DNA from: Tagaea sp.
GTDB taxonomy: Bacteria; Pseudomonadota; Alphaproteobacteria; CACIAM-22H2
Reading direction: 5' to 3'
Assembly (NCBI GenBank): GCA_965279525.1
Contig: CBDIIB010000004.1
Span: 96,001-160,000, forward strand
Length of the DNA stretch: 64,000 nucleotides
The notes beneath the pieces were generated by a model. It was not told the origin of the DNA and made no database searches. It saw only the letters and a list, made by a program, of their open reading frames with translations. Position numbers and translations under genes: made by a program. Below, piece after piece: positions 9,859 through 19,543 of the stretch (position 1 is the first letter of the stretch; each line of letters begins with the position of its first letter).

Positions 9859-10779
9859 TTGTTGAATCTGCTGCCTCATATCCTCAACGGCATCACGCTT
9901 GGTTTGCTGTTCGCGCTGATTGCCCTTGGCTTCATGCTCATTGTCGGATTGATGGAGCAGATCAATCTTGCGCACGGGTCGCTGTTTGCGCTCGGGGCCT
10001 ATCTGGCGTTCGTCATTGTGTCGGGGCGACTTCCCGTGCCGGTCGAATGGGTTCGCGACTGGCTGCTCGTCCCTCTCGCCTGGCGCTATGTCGCAGCACT
10101 CGTCGTTGCCCCACTGCTGACGGCGCTGGCGGGCATGGCGCTGGAGCTATGCGTGCGCCGTACCTATGGCAAAGACCCTCTCTACGGGCTTCTGCTGACA
10201 TTCGGTGCCGCAATGGTGATCGAAGAACTCATCCGTCTTGTCTGGGGAACGAGGGACTATGTCTTGCCGGTACCACCGTCGATCAGCGGCGGCATGATCT
10301 TCTGGGATTTGATCTGGTCCACCTACCGCTTCTACGCGGCGGCGTTTTCCATCGGCGCGATCGCGCTGGTCTGGCTGTTCATCGAGCGCACGCCGTATGG
10401 CGCCATCATCAAGGCAGGCGCGCACGACAGCGAGATCGTTCGGGCACTAGGAATTGATCTGACCCGGCTGCGACTATATGTGTTTGCCTTCGGCACGCTG
10501 CTGGCTGCACTTGCCGGAATCATCGTGGCGCCGATCTGGGGCATCCGCCCGCATATGGGGGTCGATGCCGTCGTGCCGGCGTTCCTGATCATCGTGCTCG
10601 GCGGCGTCGGAAGTTTCTGGGGTGCGGTCGCTGCAGGCATCCTTGTCGGCATGGTTGTCGGCGTAAGTGGTGCCTACGCGTCGGAATGGTCCCTCCTGTC
10701 GATGTACATCCTGCTGATCGCGGTCGTTACGTTCCGGGCCCGCGGCCTGTCGGGCAAGAAGAGCCTACTCGAGGCATGA
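9859..10779 (+). CDS. Branched-chain ABC permease (LivH-like); start uncertain (TTG 9859)
   Basis: NGITLGLLFALIALG, INLAHG, IIVLGGVGSFWG. Confidence 0.9.
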   Translation: MLNLLPHILNGITLGLLFALIALGFMLIVGLMEQINLAHGSLFALGAYLAFVIVSGRLPVPVEWVRDWLLVPLAWRYVAALVVAPLLTALAGMALELCVRRTYGKDPLYGLLLTFGAAMVIEELIRLVWGTRDYVLPVPPSISGGMIFWDLIWSTYRFYAAAFSIGAIALVWLFIERTPYGAIIKAGAHDSEIVRALGIDLTRLRLYVFAFGTLLAALAGIIVAPIWGIRPHMGVDAVVPAFLIIVLGGVGSFWGAVAAGILVGMVVGVSGAYASEWSLLSMYILLIAVVTFRARGLSGKKSLLEA

Positions 10780-11801
10780 CGATGGCGCGCCAAGGTTCCG
10801 ATGCGACGCGGCTTGTCACGCCCGCCATGCTTGTCGTGGTGGGGGCAATGGCAAGCCTGCCGATGTGGATCGGGCAGGTTGGGCTCTATCCCTATATCGG
10901 GATCGAGATCGTCATATGGGCGATCTACGCGCTCTCCTTCAATCTTCTGCTCGGATATACCGGTCTGCCGTCGTTCGGGCACGGAGCCTATTTCGGGATC
11001 GGCGCCTATGCGTTCGGCCTGTTCCAGCAGAACGTGATGCCCGGCCTGTGGCCGTGCCTTGCAGCCGCCGCCGGAGCGGCGGCGATCGCCGGCCTACTGG
11101 TCGCCGCGTTCATTTCCCACCGACGCGGCATCTACTACGCGTTCATGACGATCGCGTTCGGCCAGGTCTTCTGGGTCGTCGCGATCAAGTCGCATGCGAT
11201 CACGGGCGGCGAGGATGGGCTTCTGCGCATTCTGCGGGCACCGGCGGACTTTGGTGTCGTCGCATTCGATCTTCGCGACAATGTCGCGCTCTACTACTTC
11301 GTGCTGGCGGTTTTTGCGGTGGTTCTGGTCGGACTGTGGCGTCTCGTCAATTCGCCCTATGGCCGGGTACTCCAGGCGGTTAAGCAGAACGAAACGCGTG
11401 CCGCATTCATCGGCTACAATGTCTGGCTCTACAAGTTCTCCGTTTTCGTGCTTTCGGCCGGGCTTTCCGGGCTTGCCGGCGGGCTTTTCGCCATGGCACA
11501 GACATCGGCATTCCCCGACGTGATGAGCCTTCACTATTCCGGCTATGTCGTGATGATGACCCTGATCGGCGGCGGTCTGGTCAGCTTCTGGGGACCGGTC
11601 ATCGGAGCGGCCCTGTTTCTGCTGGCGCGCGACGCGATCGGCGCCGTAACGACCGCCTGGATGCTGTGGTTCGGCCTGCTCTTCATGCTTGTCGTCCTCT
11701 TCAAGCCAGAGGGAATAGCCGGCTGGTGGCAGGATTTCCGTCGCGATGGCGCCGGGCGCATGCCGGGTCTTGCACGCCTTCGCATGCTGTTCGGGGGCTG
11801 A
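10776..11801 (+). CDS. Branched-chain ABC permease (LivM-like)
   Basis: FNLLLGYTGLPSFGH, TGGEDGL, NETRAAFIGY; ATGA overlap with upstream gene. Confidence 0.92.
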   Translation: MTMARQGSDATRLVTPAMLVVVGAMASLPMWIGQVGLYPYIGIEIVIWAIYALSFNLLLGYTGLPSFGHGAYFGIGAYAFGLFQQNVMPGLWPCLAAAAGAAAIAGLLVAAFISHRRGIYYAFMTIAFGQVFWVVAIKSHAITGGEDGLLRILRAPADFGVVAFDLRDNVALYYFVLAVFAVVLVGLWRLVNSPYGRVLQAVKQNETRAAFIGYNVWLYKFSVFVLSAGLSGLAGGLFAMAQTSAFPDVMSLHYSGYVVMMTLIGGGLVSFWGPVIGAALFLLARDAIGAVTTAWMLWFGLLFMLVVLFKPEGIAGWWQDFRRDGAGRMPGLARLRMLFGG

Positions 11802-11805
11802 ACCG

Positions 11806-12549
11806 ATGGCGCTGTTCGAAGCCGAGAACCTTCAGATGCGCTTCGGCGACCGGACGGTGCTCGAGAACGTCACACTGAGCTTCGGTACAGGAAAGCTATA
11901 CGGCATCATGGGACCAAATGGGGCAGGAAAGACGACCTGCTTCAACGTCCTGACCGGCCGCTATCGGCCGACGCGCGGGCGCGTTCGGATTGACGGCGAG
12001 GACATTACCGGCTTGCCGCCGCACCTGATCGCGCGCAAGGGCGTTTCACGCTCGTTCCAAATCATGAATCTGTTCAATGACTTCTCGGCGCGCGACAACG
12101 TGATGACGGCACTCCCGGCAATGCGAGCTCGCGGCTTCGAAACATGCCGCGCTGTCGCTTCCGACACACGGCTTGCCGACGAAGCCGAGGCCATCCTCGC
12201 GCGCGTCGGCCTTGCGGGAAAAGGCGACGTCCGGGCTCAGAGCCTTTCCTATGGCGACCGACGTGCGCTGGAGATTGGCGTGGCGCTGGCGGCGGCACCC
12301 CGCGTCCTGTTCCTCGACGAGCCGACATCGGGTCTCGGCAGCGACGGGACGGCACGCCTTGCCGGACTGATCGAAACCTTGAAGGGCCAGCTCACCATCG
12401 TTGTGATCGAGCACGACATGCCGTTCCTGTTTGGCCTAGCCGACGAGATTTCCGTTATCCACTGGGGGCAGGTGATCGCGCGGGGCACACCCGACGAACT
12501 GCGCGCCAACGACTGGGTCCGGCGCTCCAATCTCGGCAAGCTCCAATGA
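11806..12549 (+). CDS. ABC ATP-binding protein (LivG-like)
   Basis: GPNGAGKTT, LSYGD signature, LFLDEP, IEHD. Confidence 0.92.
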   Translation: MALFEAENLQMRFGDRTVLENVTLSFGTGKLYGIMGPNGAGKTTCFNVLTGRYRPTRGRVRIDGEDITGLPPHLIARKGVSRSFQIMNLFNDFSARDNVMTALPAMRARGFETCRAVASDTRLADEAEAILARVGLAGKGDVRAQSLSYGDRRALEIGVALAAAPRVLFLDEPTSGLGSDGTARLAGLIETLKGQLTIVVIEHDMPFLFGLADEISVIHWGQVIARGTPDELRANDWVRRSNLGKLQ

Positions 12550-13244
12550 TCCTCGATCTGGCCGACATCCGGACCTATTACGGAGAGACGCAGGCGCTGT
12601 TCGACGTATCGCTGTCGATCGGAACGGGCGAGGTCGTTGCGCTGCTCGGACCCAATGGAGCCGGCAAGACGACCACGCTTCGCTCGATCCTCGGCCTGAC
12701 GCGACCGCGTGCCGGTCGTATCCGTTTCGACGGGGTAGACGTGACGGCGTGGCCGACGCACCGAATCGCCCAAGCGGGTGTCGGTTGGGTGCCAGATGAT
12801 CGGCGCCTCTGCCCGACGCTGACCGTCGCGCGGAACCTTTCGATTGCCCGCAAGAGCACGCGGTTCCGCGGCTGGTCCGTTAAGGAAGTGTGCGGGATAT
12901 TTTCGCCACTCGAATACCTGATGGAGCGAGAAGCCGAGAACCTCTCAGGCGGCGAAATGCAGATGGTCGCCATCGCGCGTGCGCTCCTCGGGTCGCCGGG
13001 ACTTGTGCTGTTCGACGAGCCGAGCCAGGGGCTTGCACCCAAGATCGTGCAGGATGTTCTGTCGACGATCCTGCATCTGAAGGAAGAGGGGATTTCCGTG
13101 CTTGTCGTCGAGCAGAATGCGGAGGCGGCACTGAGCGTTGCCGACCGCGCCTATATCCTCGATCTCGGGCGCGTCGTCTGGTCGGGTCCGGCGGCGCAGC
13201 TGCGCGAGGATCCGGCGTTGCGACGTCGACTGCTGGGAGCCTGA
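12546..13244 (+). CDS. ABC ATP-binding protein (LivF-like)
   Basis: GPNGAGKTT, LSGGE, FDEPSQGLAP, VEQN. Confidence 0.92.
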   Translation: MILDLADIRTYYGETQALFDVSLSIGTGEVVALLGPNGAGKTTTLRSILGLTRPRAGRIRFDGVDVTAWPTHRIAQAGVGWVPDDRRLCPTLTVARNLSIARKSTRFRGWSVKEVCGIFSPLEYLMEREAENLSGGEMQMVAIARALLGSPGLVLFDEPSQGLAPKIVQDVLSTILHLKEEGISVLVVEQNAEAALSVADRAYILDLGRVVWSGPAAQLREDPALRRRLLGA

Positions 13245-13245
13245 T

Positions 13246-13881
13246 ATGGCCGATCCGCTGCTGAAGCTTGATAGCCTCGAGAAGACCTATTCGCGCGGAT
13301 TTCTCCGGCGGACGACGACATTTTCGCTGTCGGCGGATCTTTCGCTTGCTGGACGCCAGATCGTCGGCGTCGTCGGCCCGAACGGGGCGGGAAAGACGAC
13401 GCTGTTCGAGATGATGACCGGCAGCAACCGGCCGACCGCCGGGCGAGTGCTGGTCGCTGGACGGGACATCCACCGCGTCCGCTACCGTGAACGCGACCGG
13501 CTGGCGGTCCACTATCACCAGTCCTATCAGGTGCGGAGATTCGCGCGGCGCCTGCCGAATTTCATGCTCGACCCGGCCGGGTCCAACTATCCGCTCGTCC
13601 ACCTCTTCGACGAGCCGCAGTTCAATACGCAGGACGGCTATATCGGCTTCATGCTCGACTTCTTCCGCACGCTGCGCGACGAAGGTCGTCTCGTCGTCAT
13701 CTGCCTCCATCCGACGGCCCGCTACCATCTCGAGATCCTGCGCGAGATATGTGCTGGATTCCTTCTCGTGTCGGGCGGCACGGTTGCGTCGTTCCGGGAC
13801 TTTTCCGCACTGATCGACGATCCTCGGGCACGCCAGTATCTCGGCAGCGAGATGACACGACAGGCCGAGGCTGTCGCATGA
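13246..13881 (+). CDS. Atypical ABC-type ATPase lacking the helical subdomain and LSGGQ signature
   Basis: Walker A GPNGAGKTT, Q-loop HYHQ, Walker B VHLFDEP, H-switch ICLH; only about 25 residues between Q-loop and Walker B. Confidence 0.8.
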   Translation: MADPLLKLDSLEKTYSRGFLRRTTTFSLSADLSLAGRQIVGVVGPNGAGKTTLFEMMTGSNRPTAGRVLVAGRDIHRVRYRERDRLAVHYHQSYQVRRFARRLPNFMLDPAGSNYPLVHLFDEPQFNTQDGYIGFMLDFFRTLRDEGRLVVICLHPTARYHLEILREICAGFLLVSGGTVASFRDFSALIDDPRARQYLGSEMTRQAEAVA

Positions 13882-14624
13882 GCGGATTTGGGAACGGGCA
13901 GGTGGCGCTGGTCACCGGAGCAGCCGGCACGATGGGGCTCGCGTGCGCCCGGATGCTCGTCGATGAAGGCTATGTCGTCGCAATGGCCGATATCGATGCG
14001 GCCAGGGTCGACACGCTTGCGGCGTCGCTTGGCGGGAATGCCCGGGGATTCGCTTTCGACGTATCTGACCCGATCGCCGTCGAAGCCGCTTTCGTCGGGA
14101 TCGAGACGAAGCTCGGGCCTGTCGCGGTGCTTGTGAACAACGCTGGCATCCTTTCGAACAACAAGGCGGCCGAGACGTCGCCCGCCGAATGGCGCCGTGT
14201 CATGTCGATCAATCTCGACGGCGCCTTCTGGCTATCACGGCTCGCTTTGCCTGGAATGAAGGCGCGTCGTGGCGGGCGCATCGTCAATACCTGCTCGCTT
14301 GCGATGAAGTCGGGCGGATTGACGGCCGGAACAGCTTACACGACGTCGAAGGGCGCCCTGCAGGCATTGACCTTCTCGCTCGCGCGGGAAAGCGCAGCGC
14401 ACGGCGTGACCGTGAACGGCGTGGCGCCGGCCTATGTCCGGACGCCGATGGTGACGGAACAACTGGACGAATCGCAGCGCCAAGCATTGCTCAGGCAGAT
14501 CCCTGTCGGCCGCTTCTGCGAGCCGGAGGAGTTCGCCCACTGTATCCGGTTCTTCCTTTCGCCGTTGAGCGGGTTCATAACCGGCGAGATACTGGACCTG
14601 AACGGCGGACTGCACTTCGACTGA
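13878..14624 (+). CDS. SDR family oxidoreductase (FabG-like)
   Basis: TGAAGTMG, NNAGI, YTTSK, LNGG; ATGA overlap. Confidence 0.92.
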   Translation: MSGFGNGQVALVTGAAGTMGLACARMLVDEGYVVAMADIDAARVDTLAASLGGNARGFAFDVSDPIAVEAAFVGIETKLGPVAVLVNNAGILSNNKAAETSPAEWRRVMSINLDGAFWLSRLALPGMKARRGGRIVNTCSLAMKSGGLTAGTAYTTSKGALQALTFSLARESAAHGVTVNGVAPAYVRTPMVTEQLDESQRQALLRQIPVGRFCEPEEFAHCIRFFLSPLSGFITGEILDLNGGLHFD

Positions 14625-14632
14625 GGAAGACG

Positions 14633-15472
14633 ATGGCAACGCGGAAAAAACCGGCGGCACGCGGCCGGATCACGCCGAATGTCGATTTCACGGCCGAGCT
14701 TCGCCGGATATTCGATCTGACTGGAGACGTGGCACTGCTGCCCGGCGGCTATGGCGGGCTGGGCGAGGCGATTGCCTGGGGTCTCGCCATGCGTGGCGCG
14801 ACCGTCGTCATCGCAGGCAGGGACCGGGCGAAGGCGGAGAAGCTTGCGCAAGCGCTTCGTGCGGCAGGTCACGACGCCTATGGCATAAAGATGGACGTGA
14901 ACCGGATTTCCGATATTCGCAACTCGATCGCGCGTGTTGCCCGACGTTTCGGACATATCGACATACTGGTGAATTGCGTCGGCATCCAAATCGAGGAAAG
15001 TCTGGCAGACGTCACCGAGAAAGCATTTGACGCGGTTTACCGCACGAACCTGAAGGCGGCGATGTTCATCGCCCAGTCGGTGGCCAAGCACCAGATCGCC
15101 AGCGAGCGAGGTGGCAGGCAAATTCATCTGCTGTCGGTCCGATCCCAGCTCGGAATTCGCGGGCGCGGCTACTCGGCCTACTGTGCCACCAAGGGCGGCC
15201 TAGTCATGCTGGTGAAGCAACATGCCATGGAGCTGGCGCCTCACGGGATCACCGTCAACGGCATCGCGCCGACATTCGTCTATACGGACCTGATCCGGCA
15301 CGTCATGCAGAATCCAAAGTTTCATCGCGCGCTAATCGAGCGAATCCCGCTCGGGCGGCTCGCCAATCCCAAGGATGTCGTCGGGCCGGCGATTTTCTTT
15401 GCCTCTCCCGCATCCAGCTTCGTAACTGGTCAGATTGTCTATGTCGATGGTGGCATTACCGCCAGTCAATGA
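14633..15472 (+). CDS. SDR family oxidoreductase (gluconate 5-dehydrogenase/KduD-like)
   Basis: FDLTGDVAL, GGYGGLG, YCATKGG, GQIVYVDGG. Confidence 0.88.
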   Translation: MATRKKPAARGRITPNVDFTAELRRIFDLTGDVALLPGGYGGLGEAIAWGLAMRGATVVIAGRDRAKAEKLAQALRAAGHDAYGIKMDVNRISDIRNSIARVARRFGHIDILVNCVGIQIEESLADVTEKAFDAVYRTNLKAAMFIAQSVAKHQIASERGGRQIHLLSVRSQLGIRGRGYSAYCATKGGLVMLVKQHAMELAPHGITVNGIAPTFVYTDLIRHVMQNPKFHRALIERIPLGRLANPKDVVGPAIFFASPASSFVTGQIVYVDGGITASQ

Positions 15473-15689
15473 CCGTGACGGCAGTGGCGGTACGACACGC
15501 AGCGATAACGTTGATCTACCCTTTCATATCGTACGTTCCGGTACAAACCGGGTCTGTGGTTGCCATCCCAGTTGACGGTCAATAGGATAAAACTCGACCG
15601 TTGACGTCACGTGCTCTCTATCAGGACGACCCGACGGTTGAAAAAGTACGCACGCGAAAAGCGAAGCGTAAAAATCTCGGGAGGAATGC

Positions 15690-17591
15690 ATGAAATCCAC
15701 CATGCTGTGGCTTGCTGCCGGTGTTGTGGCCGGGGCATTGCATTTGGGGGCAACGCCGCCGGCGCAGGCCCAGGGACTTCCCCGGGATATTCCCCGGAAA
15801 GAGCTTCTGATCCTTGAAAATCCGGAAGGTACGGTAAAGAACGCCGGGTGGTTCAACATCTGGGCGATCAACGCGAACAGCCAGTCGAATGGCCTGCAGC
15901 AGGCCGCACTCGATACCCTCTGGTACATCGATCCCGACAAGGGCATTGACGGCGTCTGGGACAACTCGCTCGCCGCTGACAAGCCCGCGTACAACGCCAA
16001 TTTCACCGAAATGCGCGTCAAGCTCCGGCGCGGAATCTTCTGGAGCGACGGCGTCGAGTTCTCGTCTGCTGACGTGAAGTTCACGGTCGAGATGATGATC
16101 AAGACGCCCGGGATGCGGTGGAGTGCCGCCCTGTCGAACTCGGTTGCGTCGGTCGAAGCCCCCGATGCGGAGACCCTGATCTTTAAGCTGAAGCAGCCCA
16201 ATTCGCGCTTCCACGCGCTGTTCACTGTGCGTTGGAACGCGATCTGGATCGCGCCGAAGCATGTCTTCGAGAAGGTCGCCGACCCGAACAAATTCGCATT
16301 CGAGAAGCCGATTTCGCTTTCGGCCTACGTGCTGCACAGCCACGACCCGGACGGTAAATGGTACATCTGGCAGCGGCGGGAAGACTGGCAGCGGACGTCG
16401 CTCGGCCGCTTTGGCCAGCCGGCACCGCGCTATCTTGCATATGTCGATCCGGGCCCGCCGGACAAGCGCGTGATCGCGCAGATGAACAAGGAACTCGACG
16501 TCGTCCACGATATCACGCCCGAAGGCATGTTCACGCTCGCGCGGCAGAACCCGACTTCGAAATCCTGGTTCAAGGGATTTCCGTTCGGGCATCCCGATCC
16601 GACATTGCCGTCCGCGATCTTCAACACCCAGCTCGACATGTTCAAGAACCGGGATGTCCGCTGGGCGCTGACGCTGCTGGTCGACATCAAGGCCGTCGCG
16701 ATGGCGTCCTATCGCGGTGCCGCGACGATCTCGCCGATTCATGTGCCGCCGACCGGGCGTCACCCGGAATTCTACCACGAGCCGATGCAGGACTGGCTGG
16801 CAAACTTCGAGATCGATACCGGCAAGCGCAAGATCAAGCCCTATGATCGGACGATGGCCAAGCAGATCGCGGACAGCCTGCGTCCGTCGATGGGAAACCA
16901 GATCCCGTCCGATCCGGCAGAGGTCGCACGCGCGTTTGGCACGGGTTGGTGGAAGCCCGACCAGGCGGCCGCGACCGAACTGCTCGAGCGGGCAGGGTTC
17001 CGCAAGCAGGGCAACAACTGGCTGAAGCCCGACGGCACGCCGTTCACGATCCGGGTCGTCGTGGAAGGCGATGCACGCCCGATCATGACGCGCGCCGGCT
17101 CGATGATCGCCCAGTCTTGGCGCCAGTTCGGCATCGACGCCAAGGTCGACGTCGCGCAGGGCACGTTGCTGACGCGCCGCGCCGCAGGCGACTTCGACGT
17201 CATCCTGAGCTGGAGCGTCGAGACCTGGGGCGGGCATCAGGACCTGTCCTTCTTCATGGACAGCTGGCACTCGGCATTCGTCGCCGAGCCGGGCAAGCCC
17301 CAGCCGTCGCGCAACTGGCAACGGTGGTCGCATCCGGAACTCGACAAGCTGATCGAGACGATCCGGACGATTGACTTCGACGACCCGAAGGGCATCGAGC
17401 TTGGCAAGGAGTTCGTCAAGCTCGCGATCCGCGAAATGCCGGTCATTCCGCTTATGTCGTACAACGTGTTCACGGTGGCCGACGAGACCTATTGGACCGG
17501 TTTCCCGACGGCCGAGAACCCGTATGCCAACCCAGTCACGAACTGGGGCAACTCCCGCTACATGTTCGTGAAGATCAAGCCCAAGGACTGA
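15690..17591 (+). CDS. ABC substrate-binding protein, family 5 (Opp/Dpp type, probably oligosaccharide-binding)
   Basis: SD GGAGG, signal peptide ending AQA, LRRGIFWSDG..FSSADVKFT; operon with a GH51 enzyme. Confidence 0.9.
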   Translation: MKSTMLWLAAGVVAGALHLGATPPAQAQGLPRDIPRKELLILENPEGTVKNAGWFNIWAINANSQSNGLQQAALDTLWYIDPDKGIDGVWDNSLAADKPAYNANFTEMRVKLRRGIFWSDGVEFSSADVKFTVEMMIKTPGMRWSAALSNSVASVEAPDAETLIFKLKQPNSRFHALFTVRWNAIWIAPKHVFEKVADPNKFAFEKPISLSAYVLHSHDPDGKWYIWQRREDWQRTSLGRFGQPAPRYLAYVDPGPPDKRVIAQMNKELDVVHDITPEGMFTLARQNPTSKSWFKGFPFGHPDPTLPSAIFNTQLDMFKNRDVRWALTLLVDIKAVAMASYRGAATISPIHVPPTGRHPEFYHEPMQDWLANFEIDTGKRKIKPYDRTMAKQIADSLRPSMGNQIPSDPAEVARAFGTGWWKPDQAAATELLERAGFRKQGNNWLKPDGTPFTIRVVVEGDARPIMTRAGSMIAQSWRQFGIDAKVDVAQGTLLTRRAAGDFDVILSWSVETWGGHQDLSFFMDSWHSAFVAEPGKPQPSRNWQRWSHPELDKLIETIRTIDFDDPKGIELGKEFVKLAIREMPVIPLMSYNVFTVADETYWTGFPTAENPYANPVTNWGNSRYMFVKIKPKD

Positions 17592-17610
17592 GCGAGTTCT
17601 GTTGACGCGG

Positions 17611-17638
17611 GCGGGCCGGCGCTTCGGCGCCGGCCCGC
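17611..17638 (+). repeat. Intercistronic 12-bp stem with cUUCGg tetraloop after the SBP gene
   Basis: GCGGGCCGGCGC-TTCG-GCGCCGGCCCGC. Confidence 0.85.
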
Positions 17639-17668
17639 ACCGATGCGAGCGGACGGGTACTTCGATTC

Positions 17669-18673
17669 ATGCGTGTCTACGCAAGATACTTTTTCAGTCG
17701 GTTTCTCCAGTTCCTGCTTGTCGTGTTCATCGGCGTCAATCTCGCCTATGTCATCACGCACGCGACGCCGATCGATCCGATCGAGCACACGGTCTCGGTC
17801 GCGACGGCGTTCGGTCATACCGCACCGGAAGCCGTTGCGGCGATGCGCGAGTCGCTGCGGGAACTCTACGGGCTGACGGGCACGCCGCTGGAGCAGTACG
17901 TCAATTTCTGGCGCCGGGTCCTCGTCGCCGATTTCGGGCCGTCGCTTTCGGCCTTTCCAACACCGGTTTCCACTCTCATCGGCCGTGCGACTCCCTGGAC
18001 CGTCGGACTGCTCGGTGTCGCGACCGTCCTGACATGGTGCATCGGAAATCTGCTTGGCGGGCTCGCCGGCTACTACCGCCGGAACCGTCTGTTGAAGGCG
18101 TTCGGGATCATCGCCATGGGACTCCACCCGATGCCTTACTACATCGCGGCGATCCTCCTGCTCATCGTCTTCGGGTTCGTCTGGCCGATCTTTCCGATCA
18201 CCGGCGGCTCGCAGATGAACCTCGCCCAGGGATGGACATTCGACTATGCGCTGTCGGTGGCGCGGCACTCGGTGCTGCCGCTGCTCTCGCTGGTCCTCGT
18301 CGGACTCGGCGGCTGGTTCGTCGGGATGCGCAGCCTAGTTTCGAACATCGTCACCGAAGACTACGTCATCTACGCCGAGCTTGCCGGCGTCGACCGCCAG
18401 CGGATACTTACATCGTACATCATGCGCAACGCCATCGCGCCGCAGGTCACGGGCCTTGCGATTTCGCTCGGCCACGTCTTTTCGGGTGCGCTGATTACCG
18501 AGCGCGTATTCGGGTATCCGGGAATCGGGTCGCTGCTGGTGGATGGCGTGAATGCCGGCGACTACAGCCTTGTGCTCGGCGTGACGACTGTTTCGATCCT
18601 TGGCGTGTCCATCGCCGTGTTCGTGATCGACCTCATCTACCCGTTGATCGATCCCCGTGTGACGGTGACCTGA
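17669..18673 (+). CDS. ABC permease (OppB/DppB-like)
   Basis: DFGPS, EDYVIYAELAG, GALITERVFGYPGIG, IDPRV. Confidence 0.92.
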   Translation: MRVYARYFFSRFLQFLLVVFIGVNLAYVITHATPIDPIEHTVSVATAFGHTAPEAVAAMRESLRELYGLTGTPLEQYVNFWRRVLVADFGPSLSAFPTPVSTLIGRATPWTVGLLGVATVLTWCIGNLLGGLAGYYRRNRLLKAFGIIAMGLHPMPYYIAAILLLIVFGFVWPIFPITGGSQMNLAQGWTFDYALSVARHSVLPLLSLVLVGLGGWFVGMRSLVSNIVTEDYVIYAELAGVDRQRILTSYIMRNAIAPQVTGLAISLGHVFSGALITERVFGYPGIGSLLVDGVNAGDYSLVLGVTTVSILGVSIAVFVIDLIYPLIDPRVTVT

Positions 18674-18676
18674 GAA

Positions 18677-19543
18677 ATGCTCGTCATCATCCGCGACCTG
18701 CTGCGCCACAACGGCGATTTCCTCGCGGGCATCCTGCTAACGGGGTTCGTCGTCCTGATGGCGTTGCTTTCGTTCGTCTCGCCGTATCATCCTCTCGACC
18801 AGTTCGTGGCACCGCTCGACGTTCCGCCATCAGCCGGCCACTGGTTCGGCACCACGTCGCGTGGCCAGGATCTGTTCTGGCTTCTTGCCTATTCGATCCG
18901 CAACACGCTGGCCTTCGGCATTCTCGTGGCGATCATCAGCCGCGTGCTGTCGCTTTCGATCGGCCTTCTCGCGGGTTATCGCGGTGGCTGGGTCGATCGG
19001 ATTTTGATGTCTATAAACGATACCTTTATCGTGATCCCGCTGTTCCCGATCCTCGTCCTCTTCTACTTCGTCATGCGCGACAACATGTCGTGGGTCCTGC
19101 TGGCCATCCTCACGGCGTTTCTCGGCTGGTCGTACGACGCGCGGCTGATTCGTTCGGTGGCACTCAGTCTCAGGAACCGGGAGTTCACGCAGACCGCCAT
19201 TTTTTCAGGAATGAACACGCGCGAAATCCTCGCCCGGGAGCATTTGCCCTTCGTGCTTCCGATCGTGTTCTCGACGACGCTCAACAACATGAATTGGTCG
19301 ATCGGCCTCGAAGTGACATTGGCGGTGCTGGGGTTCACCGACATCAACCGGCCTAGTGTCGGCGGGATGATCTATTGGGCAAACCAGCACAGTGCGGTGG
19401 TTTCCGGAATCTGGTGGTGGATCGCTTTTCCCGTCGGTCTGGTCGTGATGCTGTTCATCGGGCTCTACCTGCTGGCGGTGTCAATGAACGAGTACATCGA
19501 TCCGCGTTCCCGCCTCGATCGCATGGGGGGGCAGGGCAAGTGA
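18677..19543 (+). CDS. ABC permease (OppC/DppC-like)
   Basis: PPSAGHWFGTTSRGQD, EHLP, WWWIAFP. Confidence 0.92.
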   Translation: MLVIIRDLLRHNGDFLAGILLTGFVVLMALLSFVSPYHPLDQFVAPLDVPPSAGHWFGTTSRGQDLFWLLAYSIRNTLAFGILVAIISRVLSLSIGLLAGYRGGWVDRILMSINDTFIVIPLFPILVLFYFVMRDNMSWVLLAILTAFLGWSYDARLIRSVALSLRNREFTQTAIFSGMNTREILAREHLPFVLPIVFSTTLNNMNWSIGLEVTLAVLGFTDINRPSVGGMIYWANQHSAVVSGIWWWIAFPVGLVVMLFIGLYLLAVSMNEYIDPRSRLDRMGGQGK

